Shown: positions 1 through 12,880 of the stretch, in pieces
Layout of the letters: every line of letters starts with the position of its first letter
How positions within the stretch are numbered: position 1 is the stretch's first letter
Assembly: GCF_020745735.1 (NCBI RefSeq)
Contig: NW_026867577.1
Span: forward strand, 1,143,035 to 1,207,034
Direction: 5' to 3'
From: Hemiscyllium ocellatum
Lineage: Eukaryota
DNA: 64,000 nt
The notes under the pieces: generated by a model
Database searches by the model: none
What the model saw: the letters and a program-made list of their open reading frames with translations, nothing else
Told to the model about the DNA's origin: nothing
Made by a program: the position numbers and the translations under genes

Positions 1-1049
1 TTCTGAATGAAAGTAGTATCAAGCGTCCCTGTGGAAATGTCATTGAACTCAGAGATCCAATGCTGATGCTCTGTGGATGTATCTTCAAACAACACCATTG
101 TTAGATGCAGCTGTTTCCCTGAGGATCCCTTTTCCATGAATATAACACAGATTCTGCTTGGACACTCCATCGTTTTGACATTTTCTCATTCTACTGTATT
201 TTCTTTTATTTCATTCCAGAGCCATGCACAAGCTTTAGTATCTGTGAAACCAGTGAACTCGCCATCAGCTTTTATTACTATTTTTCATTGGGTTATTTCA
301 GATAACGTTCTGCCTGTTTTGAGAAATCTGACAGAAATCTTGCTTCAGCAACTTTTAAAAGCTATGTTCGAAATTTCCAGTCATGGAACGAATGAAGAAA
401 ATCCTGTATTACTTCTCCAATCTTCTGCTTTTCCATTCAGCAATTCTCATCAATAAATGGCAAAAAAGCTAAAAACTATGCACAAATTACACATTGTCCT
501 TCTTCTATAGTACTTCGTTTAAATGTAAATTTGACCAACTGTGTTACAGTCCTTAACTCTAGCCAATGCTTGCCCTCACTATCTTGAATGATGACATTTG
601 CAGATTCGAAAACGATGCATGCAATTGAATTCCGGTGATCTTGGACAGGTCCTCGAGGGAATACTAAAAGTTGAGCTCTCGAAACATACCGTTCAAAGAA
701 ATGCCAGTCTTAATATAGTTTGATGGTGGTTTCATACTTGATTGAACAGTTTTATACAAAAAAATAGTAATTCAGTCTCCACTTCAATGATTGCTGATTG
801 GCGTTTGCGCAAAGCGTCCTGTGTTTGATACACTGTGTCAATCTACGACGATGTAAGAGAATGTTGAATTACTTCTGCATTTTCCAGTGCCTGAACTTTA
901 CATGACCAAGAACCTTTCATTTGCTGCCCACCTCTCACTGTCAGATTCCCCAATCTCTGGGAATATGGAACTTTGTTTCGGGACGTACATTGAAAGTGGG
1001 ATTTATTCTTTCTCTGAACCTTGCTGTCTGTCAGTGTGAATTGCACCGT

Positions 1050-1640
1050 TTGTTTCAGAATCTCTGGTTTTGTGCTTAAGTGAGATCCACTCTGCTCTGA
1101 AGCCCTGCTCAACATTCAGTGTCAATCCCCATTTGAACACCTCCAGTCTGTGTACAAGCATAAGCCCAACATTCCCTGAGTGCAGTCATTTTAACACTGC
1201 ATCCTGCTTTCAAGTCCATTGGTCCGTCCTCGGTATTCTACCATACTCCAGTGAATCACAGCGAAAGCTGGAGAAGCAACACCTCATCTTCAAACGAAGC
1301 TTGTTCACAAACTTCTCGACTAATATTGATTTCAGCACCTTCAAATTGTGAGCTCATTCCTTCATTTTCTTTCAGCTTAGCATTTTACCTTCTCTATCAC
1401 GCTCTCTCCCCTCACGCCCTCACCAATGGGACAGTCTAATCTCGCCAGTTTGGGAGATAGAAACACAGTTGTTCTAAAATTCACACAGTCTGATCACTTC
1501 ATCTGAATTGTCAACATTCTATCTAAGTCGCAGCAGTCCAACCATCGCCCCAGCAATGTTGCATAAATGCTGCTCGCGCGACACATCAACATCTAAACTC
1601 AAAACTTGAGTTTCCTCACTCTCTATGGATACAGCCCTTG
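1050..1640 (+). mobile_element. Penelope-like element 3' remnant (GIY-YIG C-terminus + tail); duplicate at ~54790-55380
   Basis: HFN..SC..VHWSVLGIL..SSESQRKLEKQHLIF....NIDFSTF resembles the C-terminal end of Penelope GIY-YIG proteins. Confidence 0.7.
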
Positions 1641-1699
1641 ACCCACTCTGGACTCAATATTTTGTTGTTTTCAGTATCCCATTCGACAGAACCTATTCT

Positions 1700-2230
1700 C
1701 CAAACCTCGCCCCCACCGCTGTGTCCCGCCCAGCACACCCCAAACTCCCCCCGAACACTGTGCTCTGCCCAGCTCGCCCCAAACCACTCCCCGAAATTCT
1801 GAGTCGCCCAGCCCACCCCAAATTCCACCCACAAACACTGTGACACGCAAAGCACACCCCACACACTGTGCCCCACCCAGTACAACTTATACTCCGCCAT
1901 CAAACATTTTGCCACGCCAGCAAACCCAAAACCCTGTCCCAAACACCGTGCACCGCCCAAAACAACCCAATCTCCGCTGCCAAACACAATTCTTTGCCCA
2001 GCTCACTATCAAACATCGCTCCCAAACACGGCCCCGCCCATTGCACAAACCCCACCAACTACTATTTCCTTCGCAGTGCACCCAGGTCCTTCCCCAAACA
2101 CTGTGGATAGCCCAGCGCCCCCCAAACGCCGCTCCCATGCACTCTACGCTGTGCTGATCACCTAAAACCCTTCCCCAACTATAATGCCATGCCTGATGCA
2201 CCCCAAACCCGTCCCTACCACAACACCCAG
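1700..2230 (+). repeat. Diverged C-rich minisatellite, ~40-bp unit; duplicate at ~55440-55975
   Basis: Recurring CCAAAC..CCC..AAACACTGTG..CCGCCCAGCACACC modules, roughly 10-12 units. Confidence 0.8.
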
Positions 2231-4139
2231 CCTCTAAATTCAAAGCCCCCATTTTTCCAAACTCCCCCCTCCATTATCCAATTTCTCCTCCTTCCCTCCG
2301 AGGACCAGGTCGTTCGCTTTCTCTCTGTCTTTTGAGTTATGTCGTGGGGTTTTTGTTGGAAGGTTGCAGGTAGGGAACAGATGTGATTCACTCTCTTTGT
2401 AGTGCTGGAGTGGAAGGGAAGGTTTGTGAGCGAGGCCTCGATGAAATTCTTCAATTTTGTTCCCATTAAAAACTAGGCCTGATGCTTTTGGACCATGTTT
2501 GACATCAACCAATTCTTGGCCCTACTTGCTCGGACACAGACTTCAAACCTCCAACACGTCAGCTCAACCAGTTGTGTTGTGATGTTGACACTGGCCTCCC
2601 GTTGCATCATGCCAAGGATGGGCGGAGGACCTTTGGAGCTGCCCATTGCCCCATCCTTGCTGGAGACCACCGAAGCTATCACACAGCCCGGTGCCATCCA
2701 AGCCCTGGAAGCTGGTGATGGAGAGCTTTAGCTGCTGGTGGAGATGGTGCCAGATCTCATTAAGTTACTCCTGCTCAACCACGACATTGTGCAGGATGCA
2801 CCGTGCTGAGAGAGGTGAGTAGAGGACTCCCAATCCTCCATGTTTTTTGCCAGGAGTGGGCGAGTTCCTGGAGGTGGGAATTCAGGACACTTTGAAGGGT
2901 AATCATGGAAACTGAGAGACCGGGCTGGCGAGGCTGCAGTCAGCCGTGGTGCAGTAATGACCCACAACATCATTTGGGCCACATTGATGCCTCAGTCAAA
3001 TGCACAGCCAATTGGTGCAGCAAATCTAAAACAGAGGCAGAACCGAGATTTCCATGCACTGAGCAGCAATATTGGTCCAGCACTATGATTGTCTCACTCG
3101 CACTCGGAGCAGTACGCAGCCTAGTCCTATATGCCTCTGCATTAAATCCACTACTGGGAATAAAATTGGTTAATTGGCTATCCCAGCTCTAGGTCCCCGA
3201 TGCATCCTGAGCCGATATTTGTCTGCTTTGTGGAGATATTGGCTAATTGACTAACATAGCACGAGGTCTGAGTTGCATCCGAGACATGCATCAGGGCCAT
3301 GTGCGAGTGGGATGTGCATCATATCGTTCCAAGATTCAATCAGCACTCTCTATCCCTGATTTCTGGAGTTGAGCTAACGCGAGGTCAAATTGAAGTACCA
3401 GCCCCAGGATCTTGATCTTAGGCCTAAACATCCCCAAACTTTGATCTCAATTTAACCCCTCATCATTGAGTGTGAGATCAATTTTGGAAAGGGCCCGAGA
3501 ATGGAGCCTGGGACTCTCCTGCTCTGTGTGTACATGCATCTAGCTATGAGTGTGAAAGTCCTTAGTTTCACAGCATTCTGTATGGTCAACTCCCCAAGAT
3601 GCTGCGCAGGTTTACGTTTCCCTACATTGTGGGTCTTGGTCAGTCCCTGAATGAAAAGTCAGGAAAACTGGCAGATGAGGCAGACTGGTCTGACTCACCT
3701 GGCTTATTTCCAAACAGAAGGCCAGTATGTTCATTTCCATCAATTACTGGGTGTTAACTATCTCTGGTTAGGAAAGAGATTGGTATTCTCGGCAGTACTA
3801 GGTCAAGATGGAACCGGGAACTTTCCTCCTATGGACGTTCATACATGTGGGAGCTCTCAGTCCCATAGATTCCATGAAAGATCAACAAACACTAGCATGA
3901 GACCGGGCCTGCATCTAAATCTACCTGTCTGGATCTTCAAAAGTCCACATTGGGTGAAATTGTTAAATTCAGTGCTCAGCTGAAAATGGAGCCTGAGGAC
4001 TACACTTCCCTGCAAGAGGCACGAACCGCCCCACACGGAGTGAAATTGTTAAAATCAAGTCTCGATCTGAGATCTTGAAATGGCATGCCTCTGCGGTGCA
4101 TTATAAGGAATATGGAGGAGAAGAATTTAGTTCCTGTTG

Positions 4140-5960
4140 AATAAACAATTCCAGGTGTAGTATAAACACTCAAGAGCATATTCAAATGCATGGGGCAGTG
4201 CAAGATTAATTGTTTAAAACTCAGGAATAGGAAATGTGGAATCACAAATTTGGGTGTATACTGCAGGCCTCCCAACGACCAGCAGGTGAGAGAACATGCA
4301 GACAGATCTTGGAAGTATGTAACAGCAAGGTTGATGTGGTGGGTGGTTTTAACTCCCCTGACATGCTAGAAACTTGTGTGGGCAGAATTTGTAATGACCC
4401 TTCTGCAGGAAATCTTGGCACAATAGATAAACTGTCCAACTAGGGAAGGCACCTGAGTTTAAGAACTGAGCCAGGCCAGATACGTGAAGTTTCAGTGTGG
4501 AAGAATTTGGGAGAAGTGACCATAATAATATGCTTTGTCGCTGTAATGTGAGGTTGCTGAGTTGTTAAAGCGATGGATTGCTAATCTCTTGTGGTCCACA
4601 CGTGTGGGTTCAAATCATATCATCGTCGGTGTTTTAGTATGTGGAAAGGCAAGGAGTGATTCAGGATAGTCATCATGGCTTTGTGCATGGGAAATCATTT
4701 CTCACAAACTACATTGAGTTTCTTGGAGATGTAACAAAGAGAATTGATGAGGCCAGGGCAGTAGATGTAGCCTATATGGACTATAGTAGTGCGTTCGACA
4801 AAGTTCTCCATGGGAGATTGATTAGCAAAATTAGATATCATGCCATACAGGGAAACTAGCCATTTGGATATAGAACTGGCTCAAAGGTAGAAGACACAGG
4901 GTGATGGTGTTGAGGATTGTTTTTCACACTATTGGCATGTGACCAGTGGAGTGCCACTGGCTCGGTGCTGGGTCCTTTACTTTTTGTCATTTACATAAAT
5001 GATTTGGATGCGAGCATAAGAGGTACAGTTAGTAAGTTTGCAGATGAAACCAAAACTTGTGATGTTGTGGATAGCGAACAGCGTTATCTGCGATTACAAC
5101 AGGATCTGTGCCAGATGGGGCAATTGGCTGAGGAGTGGTAGATTGAGTTTAATTCAGATAAATGTGAGGCGCTGCATTTTAGGAAACAAATCTTAGCAGG
5201 ACTTATACACTTAATGATAAAGTTCTCGGGAGTGCTGCTGAACAAAGTGACCTTGGAGTGCAGGTTCATAGCTCCTTGAAATTGGAGTAGCAGGTAGAAA
5301 GGATAGTAGTGAAGAAGGCATTTAGTATGCTTTCCTTTATTAGCCAGAGTACCGAGTACAGGAGTTGGGACGTCATGTTGCGGCTGTACAGGACATTCGT
5401 TAGGTCACTCTTGGAATATTGCATGTAATTCTGGTCTCCTTCGTATCGGAAAAAAATTGTGAAAATTTAAAGGGTTCAGAAAAGATTTCCAAGGATGTTG
5501 CCAGGGTTGTAGGATTTGAGCTACATGGAGAGGCTGAACAGGCGAGGGCTGTTTTCACTGGAGTGCCAGAAGCTGAGGGGTGACCTTATAGAGGTTTGCA
5601 AAATTATGAGGGGCTTGGATAGGATAAATAGGCAAAGTCTTTTCACTGGGTCGGGGAATCCAGAATTAGAGGGCATAGGTTTCAGGTGAGAGGGGAAGAT
5701 ATAAATAAGACCTCATCGGCAAACGTTTTACACTGAATGTGGTACTTGTATGGAATGAGCTGCCAGAGAGAAAGTGGTGGAGGCTGGTACAATTGCAACA
5801 GTTAAGGACATTTGGATTGGTATATGAATGGGAAGGGTTTGGAGCAATATGGACCGGGTGCTGGTAGGTGGTACTAGATTAGGTTGGAATATCTGGTCGG
5901 CATTGAAGTGTTGGACTGAAGGATCTGTTTCCATGATGCACATCTCCACGACTCTAAGAT
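4140..5960 (+). mobile_element. CR1 LINE fragments (endonuclease piece 4140-4530; RT to 3' end 4640-5960); duplicate at ~57885-59700
   Basis: QDSHHGFVHGKSFLTN, YMDYSSAFDKV, GSVLGPLLFVIYINDLD..SKFADETK. Multiple stops. Confidence 0.92.
4547..4628 (+). tRNA. Degenerate tRNA-Ser(GCT) pseudogene
   Basis: 82-nt colinear match to vertebrate tRNA-Ser(GCT): GAGGTTGCTGAGTTGTTAAAGCGATGGATTGCTAATCTCTTGTGGTCCACACGTGTGGGTTCAAATCATATCATCGTCG. Multiple stem-breaking substitutions. Confidence 0.85.
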
Positions 5961-5999
5961 GTTCACGGATAGCGATAACAGCAGTACCCTTAATATGAG

Positions 6000-6430
6000 T
6001 GAAAGCAAAGTATATAATATTTAGGCAGGAAATGGAAAATGTTGATTGGACGCAGGTATTTTAGGGTAAAACTACATTGGACATATGGGATTATTTCAAA
6101 CAGCTGTTGACAAGATTTCACAAGTGGCACATTCCTGAGAGAATGAGGGATTCTAATGGCAAGTTAAACGAACCTCCGATGACCCGGGATATTAAGACCT
6201 TAGACAGGAAGAGAAGGGAAGCATTTGTAAGGTCGAACATGATGGAAACTGATGAAGCCAATGAAGTAAGTACGGAAAGTGGACAAAAACATAAACAAGG
6301 AATTAAAAGGACTAAAATGGGTCATGAACTGTCGTTAGCAAACAGGATGAAGGATAATTCAGTGGTTTCTTTTTAATATGGGTAAAAAAATCAAGAATAT
6401 AGCCAGGGAAAGATTTGGCCAACTGAATGA
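6000..6430 (+). mobile_element. CR1 LINE ORF2 internal fragment; duplicate at ~59740-60170
   Basis: W..FK.......IP..PPMTRDIKTL.RKRREAF..K.GIKRTK.GHE..LANRMKDN linker region typical of CR1 ORF2. Confidence 0.75.
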
Positions 6431-7369
6431 ACGAAACGAATACTTTGTCACAATATTCAGCAAAGAGAATAAATTGGTGAAGCATGATGTTAGGGATGAG
6501 ATTGTCGCGGTGAGTTAGGTACATTGTCCTTTCCACATTCTGTGACTGGGAGTCAGAATGCAGGTATGGATGGTGAAGTAGAAATCTAGACAGATGGACA
6601 AAGTGGTATTGCTGTAGATCGATCACTTTCCTCAGTGAGGGTCTGAGGGTGAAATGTCACTGAAGGACTTCCTCATGAATGACCTATCATGGAGAGATGG
6701 TGGGAAGTGAAGAGCTATGGTATGCAATGTATGACGTTGTTGGTGCTCAAGGGATGGAGACTGTGAAACAGAGATAGGTAGAAGTTTAGACAGAACATGT
6801 GAGAGACAGAACGGATTGAGAGCCACTTAGTAAGAGGGCACTGAGATAGCAGTGACAAACCATTAGACGTCGAGGGAGAGGGGGGAGAGAAATAAAAACA
6901 GCCATTGGGAAACAAAGAGAGAAGGTCAGTGAGAAAAGGCACATAGATCAAGACAGGCAGAGCGAGATGGAGGGATAAAAGTAGAGACACAGTGATTGAA
7001 ATAGATCGGGGATAGAGCAAGATAAATCATAAAGCTAGGTGTCCACAGTTCCTGATGCGCCATGTGTGATTAACTGTGTGAAGTGACAGTCAGGGATTAG
7101 CTTAAGTTTACACTTTGTAGCACCTGTACGCCCTCCATTCGTCTAGCACATCGTAGCCAAAGAGGAATGGGTATGGACAGACACAGCCTGGACACCTGGA
7201 CTCCAGACTAGGTCACCTCGGGCCAGGAAATGGCAGCGGGCGGAATCTGGACCATTCTGATCCATGTCAGAACAACACTGTTGTTCTCAAAGGCAGACAG
7301 AGAGAGACATGAGAGAGAAAGACAGCTGTGGAATGCGACAGAAAAAGAGAGGTGGACAGAAAGACATAG

Positions 7370-8130
7370 AGGACTGAAACACATCGATCAGTCCAACCAG
7401 TCTATGCCAAGCATAATCCCAAACTAAACTAGTCCCACCTGCCTGCTGCTGTCCCATGTTTTTCAAATCTTTCTTGTTCATATACCCATCGAAATGTCTT
7501 CTAAATGTTGCTATTGTACCCACATCATCCACTTCATTGGGAAGTTCAATCCAAATGTGAACAACCCTCTCTGTAAGAAAATTATTTCTGATGTCTGCTT
7601 TAAATTTCTCTCCTCAAAAATGTGCCCCCTAGTCTTGAAATTCCCCACCTTAACGAAAAGACAACCACCAACAACATGATTTATGCCTCTCGTTATTTTA
7701 CAAACTTAAGTCAGGTCACTCCTCTCAACCTCCTATGCTCCGGTGACAAAAGTCCCAGCTTATCCTGATGACTCAAGCGTTCCATACTCTGCACAATCCT
7801 TGTAAATCAGTTTTGAACCCCCTTCACATTGCTAACATCCTTCCTGTAACTGGGCGACCAGAACAGGAAACGGTATTCCAAAAGAGGCCTCACCAATATT
7901 CTGTACAATTTCAACATGATATCCCAACTCTTAAACAGAAGGATTCACCTATGAAAACAAGTGTGCCAAACAGCTTTTTAAACCATCCTGTCCATCTGTG
8001 ACACAGACCTTAATGAACAATGAACGTGAACGTATCGATCTCTGTTCTGCAACACTGCCTAAAGTCCCACTATCAATTGTGCAAGACCTACCCTTGCCTT
8101 TTGTACCAAAATACAACAGCTGGCATTTAT
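7370..8130 (-). mobile_element. CR1 LINE 3' fragment; duplicate at ~61110-61870
   Basis: Reverse-complement similarity to the CR1 3' region at 5200-5950 (e.g. GTIATFRRHFDGYMN). Confidence 0.85.
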
Positions 8131-8299
8131 CCAGAGGGAGAATCTGTGAGAGAGATCAAGACAGTAGAGAGCGAGGGATAGAAATTGAGCTAGAGAAGGA
8201 GAGAGTCAAGATACTTGGCAATTGAGAGTCAGGAAGGGAAATAGAAAGACTCAGAGGGAGTGAGAGACAAACACAGATTAAATCAGTTGTGTTTTGCTG

Positions 8300-8770
8300 T
8301 TGCCTATCAGGGAGTATGATGCCCCACTTATCTCAATGGCTGCAGCTTCAACAACATTTAAAATTGACAATGACCAGGCCTGCTTAATTGGTACCACATC
8401 CACACCCTCCACCATGGACATTCAGAAACAGCAGTGGGGACAATCTACAAAACGTACTGCAGAAAGTCACCAACGATCCTCAGACAGAACCTTCCAAATT
8501 CACGACCTCTTCCATCTGGAAGGATAAGAGCAGCAGATGCACGGGAGCCCCACCCCTGCAAGTTCCCCTCCAAACTAGTCACGACTCTGGAAATATATCA
8601 GCCATTCCTTCAGCGTCACTGGGTTAAACTCCTGGCATTCCCTCCCCAAGGGCATTGTGGGTTAACCCACAGCACATGGACTGCAGCAGTTCAAGCAGCT
8701 CACCCCACATTCTCAGGAGCAACAAGACACCGGAAATGTATTCTCCCTGAGTCTGCCACGCCCATGTACA
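8300..8770 (+). mobile_element. LINE 3' end (CR1/L2-group family distinct from the dominant CR1); duplicate at ~62040-62510
   Basis: TIYKTYCRKSPTILRQNLPNSRPLPSGRIRAA..CKFPSK; related sequence at 12310-12880 and 35890-36070. Confidence 0.65.
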
Positions 8771-9129
8771 ATGAGAGAATAGATGAGATTGAGGCTAAGA
8801 GGCATTAGATTTAAAAGAATGATAAGGAGGAATTATTCCCTCAACTGGTTTTGAAACAATGGAGTTCATTTCTCACAGTGCGTTAGATGTCAGTTCATTG
8901 ATTAAATTGAAAACAGTACACAGACAGAATGTTAATTACTAACTCATTGACAAGTGGAGTTAAGGCTGAGGTGGGATCAGGCACGGTCGTATTAAAGGGT
9001 GGGTCAGGCTTGAATTGCAGACGCCTGCTACTCAATCTCAAGTTCCTTCCTTAATGTGTCGGTGAGATTCCTTCAGCATTAGCAGCAGAGTGCGCAATGG
9101 GGAAAGATAGAGAGGTGGAGAACTCTGAT

Positions 9130-9345
9130 GAGGCGACTCTGTGTGGAGTTTGCACATTCTCCCCTTGTCTACGTGGGTTTCCTCAGGGTGCTCCCGTTAC
9201 TTCCAAAATTCAAAAATGTGCAGGTTAGTTGAATCGGCCACGCTAAATTGCCTGAGGGAATTGAATCTGGGTGGTTACTTTTTGGAGGGTCAGTGTGGAC
9301 TTGTTGGGCTGAAAGGAATGTTTCCACACGGTAGAGAATTCAGTC
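9130..9345 (+). mobile_element. V-SINE (HE1-like) fragment; duplicate at ~62872-63090
   Basis: V-domain core TGTGTGGAGTTTGCACATTCTCCCC..GTGGGTTTCCTC..GGTGCTCC. Confidence 0.85.
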
Positions 9346-9560
9346 TGAAAAATAAAACTGAGCATCCATTCCCTTCAAACGAGACTGCTCCTCGATTCAT
9401 TGATCTGGATGATTGTACACAGAGGGTTAGCAGGTTGCAAAGCTAGTTGAACAAAGGAATAATGTGGATGCGCTGTGGTGGACAACCTCAATCAATTGAT
9501 TTACGTACAAACAAAGAAATAGATTCATTTAGCTAAACATCAGAATCGCGCTTGCGCAGG

Positions 9561-9573
9561 NNNNNNNNNNNNN
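9561..9573. other. Assembly gap, 13 N
   Basis: N run counted directly. Confidence 0.99.
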
Positions 9574-11325
9574 TGACTACTGCATTGCTCTGTGACAAAT
9601 GCATTTGTAACCATTGGATCCCATAGTCTCCATTATCCCTACCGATCCTTGAAGCCACACTCAGACAAATACCACTATGCTGTGAACAATAGTTGCTCTT
9701 TCATTTGTGCATTTAGTCCATAGCCTTGCTGTATGTTTGGCGAATGTCCCACGAAATCACAAAACACTCGGGTGCAGCAGGAGGCCGCTCAATCCAAACT
9801 TTTCGAAGTTTCTCTTTGAACGTGCGTCATGACTGAATGGCAATCTCCTTGGTTTCGCTAGAACCTTGTATATCCATTCTGCTCAAGCCTCCATTAAATG
9901 CCACTTTTCAGAACCTCAATGGAATCTGCCTCCGGCTTATATCCAGGCAGCAATTACAGAATAAATCTCCGTGTTTTGAGAGATAAATAACTTTTCTATC
10001 TCGAGTATGATGCTTTTCGAGTCACTTGAAATCTATGTATGACTCCACACACCGTGGTACTCTGTTTATTTACGAGCGAGACACAGTCTATTTTGATCAC
10101 CTCTGATTAACAACATCATGTTTTAAAAGTCTCTCATTCTATTCCTGTGCAAGGCGGAATGTGCCTCGTCCTAATATCCTCAAAACTGCGTTTATTACAT
10201 GTATCCTATACTTGTAAACCTCTTTTACACTATCTCTGTCTTCGTTGTGTTCACTTCCAGCTTAGACTGTGACATCCAAATATATAGAGGATGGCAGAAT
10301 TCAAATGGAGGCTGGAAACCGTCGAATTCGAGGACAAGACTGGGTTAACTGGGGAGAATTAAAAATACAAGATTCACTGAGAATCGATCACAACCCTTGA
10401 AAAAACGTCTGAAGTTTCCCATCGACGATGGACACAATGTTTGACTGTGTGAAGCTTATATTTATGTGTTATCGACAAAATCATCACAAGTTATTTTACA
10501 GTATTTAGGATTGAATCTGATGATCGGATATGCAACCATTCAGATTTTTGCATTGTCCCTGAGATAGACACTGAGCTGTTGCATCATGTTCTTTGACAGA
10601 TCATTCCATGCAACCTATGGAAAAACTGCATGGTGACCGGCGAGAAGACTAAGCCATTTGGAAGAATTTATTCAACATACCAACACAGAATCAACACGGT
10701 TTCAGAATGTGGAAAAATAATCATGCTGCGTGAGAGAGAAACAAATAGAGATAGCATGAGGCAGAACACAGATGGTGATGGAAGAACGAGGACAGAGTGG
10801 GAATAACGCAAATGATTGGAATTCTATCAAGAGAACGGTGCAGTGGAACTCATGTAGAGACAGTGTTAGAAAGAGACAGAAGAAAAACAGAGAGGGAGAG
10901 ACAAGAGACAGGAGGTGAAATCAAGTCAGACAGAGCCGCAGATTGAGTGATAAAAATAGAGGCATATAGGAAGGAAAAGAACAAAGAAAGAAAGGAGTGA
11001 AGACAGAAAAAGACAGAGAGAATAACGAGAAAGTTCGGGACAGAAGTAAATAAAAGAAAAGATGAGAGGCCGAGATGGAATCACAGAATGAAACAAAAAT
11101 GCAGCACAGAAGAGGCCGTTTGGAAAATCAAATCTACACTGCCTAAAATATGGCTACAGTTGTAAAGGTTCATCGAGAGAACTCAGGGAAAGTTGGTGGA
11201 AAAACAGAGGCTGAGATCATTTTACAGCACACTTTACCAGTCTTTGTGCAGGCAAGGAATTCCTGTCGACGTACTGTTAATGTTACAATCCTGCACTATC
11301 ATTGTCCATCTCACTCTCCCTCTCT

Positions 11326-11453
11326 NNNNNNNNNNNNNNNNNNNNNNNNNNNNNNNNNNNNNNNNNNNNNNNNNNNNNNNNNNNNNNNNNNNNNNNNNNN
11401 NNNNNNNNNNNNNNNNNNNNNNNNNNNNNNNNNNNNNNNNNNNNNNNNNNNNN
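11326..11453. other. N run, 128 nt (gap or mask)
   Basis: N run counted directly. Confidence 0.99.
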
Positions 11454-11923
11454 TTCGTGAAAGTTCTGTAAACTGAGCAGATGGGGCCATTTATGATCTC
11501 TTACTGCATTCTAAGAATCGGTGCACGTTTATTTCAGCAGCTGCTGTGCAGCACTTAAGGCAAGTCGGTGGTGCTCTCGACGTCGCTAAAAGGTATTTCA
11601 AACGAAGTAAACAGCTTCAAACCTGGGCATCTATGGAACGCGGTGGACCAAGAAAAACTGAAGTTGAGATTGCAGTGGTACAAGAATTTAGATCACCACC
11701 ACATTGTCAAAGACAGTTTGGGCTGGGCATAGAATGCCCGCCGCACAACAGGGACACAATTCGCGCCAATGAAAGAAAAACAAAACTGAACTTAAACGTT
11801 ATTGACAACCTCACAGCCTGGGTATTTATTTCAATCTCTATTTCCCACCGACAGGGTGTAAATGAAGAGGATATTAAGCACCAAGCACATCTCACAGATG
11901 ATGGACGGTCTTGCTGAAGGTAG

Positions 11924-11956
11924 AATAAATAAATAAATAGATAAATAAATAAATAA
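11924..11956 (+). repeat. (TAAA)n microsatellite
   Basis: Direct reading. Confidence 0.9.
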
Positions 11957-11989
11957 TCGCCATATGTACGACCTTGATGCCATATGAGG

Positions 11990-12295
11990 CGTGTTGGCCA
12001 AGGGTGCCGAGAGACAAATATGAGGGGTGTGTGCCTGGGGAAAGGTAGCTGCGAATGCAACAGGCAGATGAAGGTAGGGAAAAGTTGATTGGTAGGAGTG
12101 GAGGGTGGAGTGGATAGCTCAGAACGAATGTAGCCAGATCTAGATGGAGGTGCTGAGTTGGAGGCTTGGGACTGTCATAAGTGGGTGGGGGAAACTGGCG
12201 AATCCACACTCAACACGTGTGGTTACAGTGTTTCCAGTTGAAAGGTGATGTGTTCTTCCTTCAGATATCTGATGGTCATGGTTTGGGGAAATGTG
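11990..12295 (-). mobile_element. Penelope-like 3' remnant
   Basis: Minus strand reads LKEEHITFQLETL*PHVLSVDS, equivalent to the motif at 1260-1350. Confidence 0.6.
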
Positions 12296-12309
12296 ATCCT
12301 CTGAAGAGT

Positions 12310-12880
12310 TTTACCATCAAAACCCACAACCAGTTATTGACTGCGTGGTGCTGGAAAGGCACAACTGGTCAGAAGAGCTAGAGAATTGTTGTGTCCAAAT
12401 CTCTAAAAATTCTGGAAGATATCCATTTATTTGGGCAATGGAAAATCATATTTATGCCAAAAAAGTATCAAACGCTGACCATGCAATAAGAAAGAAACAA
12501 ACTATCGTCCCTTGACATTCAATGGCATCACAATCATTGAGTCCCATACTGACAACATGGGTTGCTGGGTAGGGGGTTCAGGGGGGTAACTTTGACCAGA
12601 AAATCAAAACATTCAATGTTGTGGCAGGTAAAAATCTTGGAATCCTGCAGTGAGTAGCCCACCTCCTGATGCCCGGTATCCTGTCCACCATCAACAAGCC
12701 AAACGTCAGGAGTCTGATGGGATGCTTTACAAGTCCCTGGAAAAGTACATTTACAGTAAACCTCGAGAAGCTCAAGGCCATCCAAGATGGACAGCCCACT
12801 TGATTGCCATCACATCAAATATTCACTCCGTCCCAATAGACACTCGGCAGAAGCAATTTTTGTTTACTTCAGATATTCAA
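12310..12880 (+). mobile_element. LINE RT C-terminal fragment (same family as 8300-8770)
   Basis: Colinear similarity leading into the 8300-8430 sequence; decayed ORF. Confidence 0.6.

Larger units (their letters stand above)
1..9560 (+). repeat. Copy 1 of a near-identical direct duplication (partner 53740-63304)
   Basis: Direct comparison; identical ORFs recur at an offset of about 53739-53746. Differences are mostly 1-3 nt indels. Confidence 0.98.

Noticed and set aside
73-456. 127-aa ORF (and its copy 53812-54195)
   Set aside because: Non-ATG start, no recognisable domain; its recurrence is explained by the duplication.
586-680. C/D snoRNA (ATGATGA C box)
   Set aside because: No CTGA D box with a terminal stem at a suitable distance.
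2450-4090. Possible Harbinger/PIF-type DNA transposon remnant, with a short direct repeat GTGAAATTGTTAAA at ~3954 and ~4040
   Set aside because: No transposase motif or terminal inverted repeat pair could be confirmed by eye; left unannotated.
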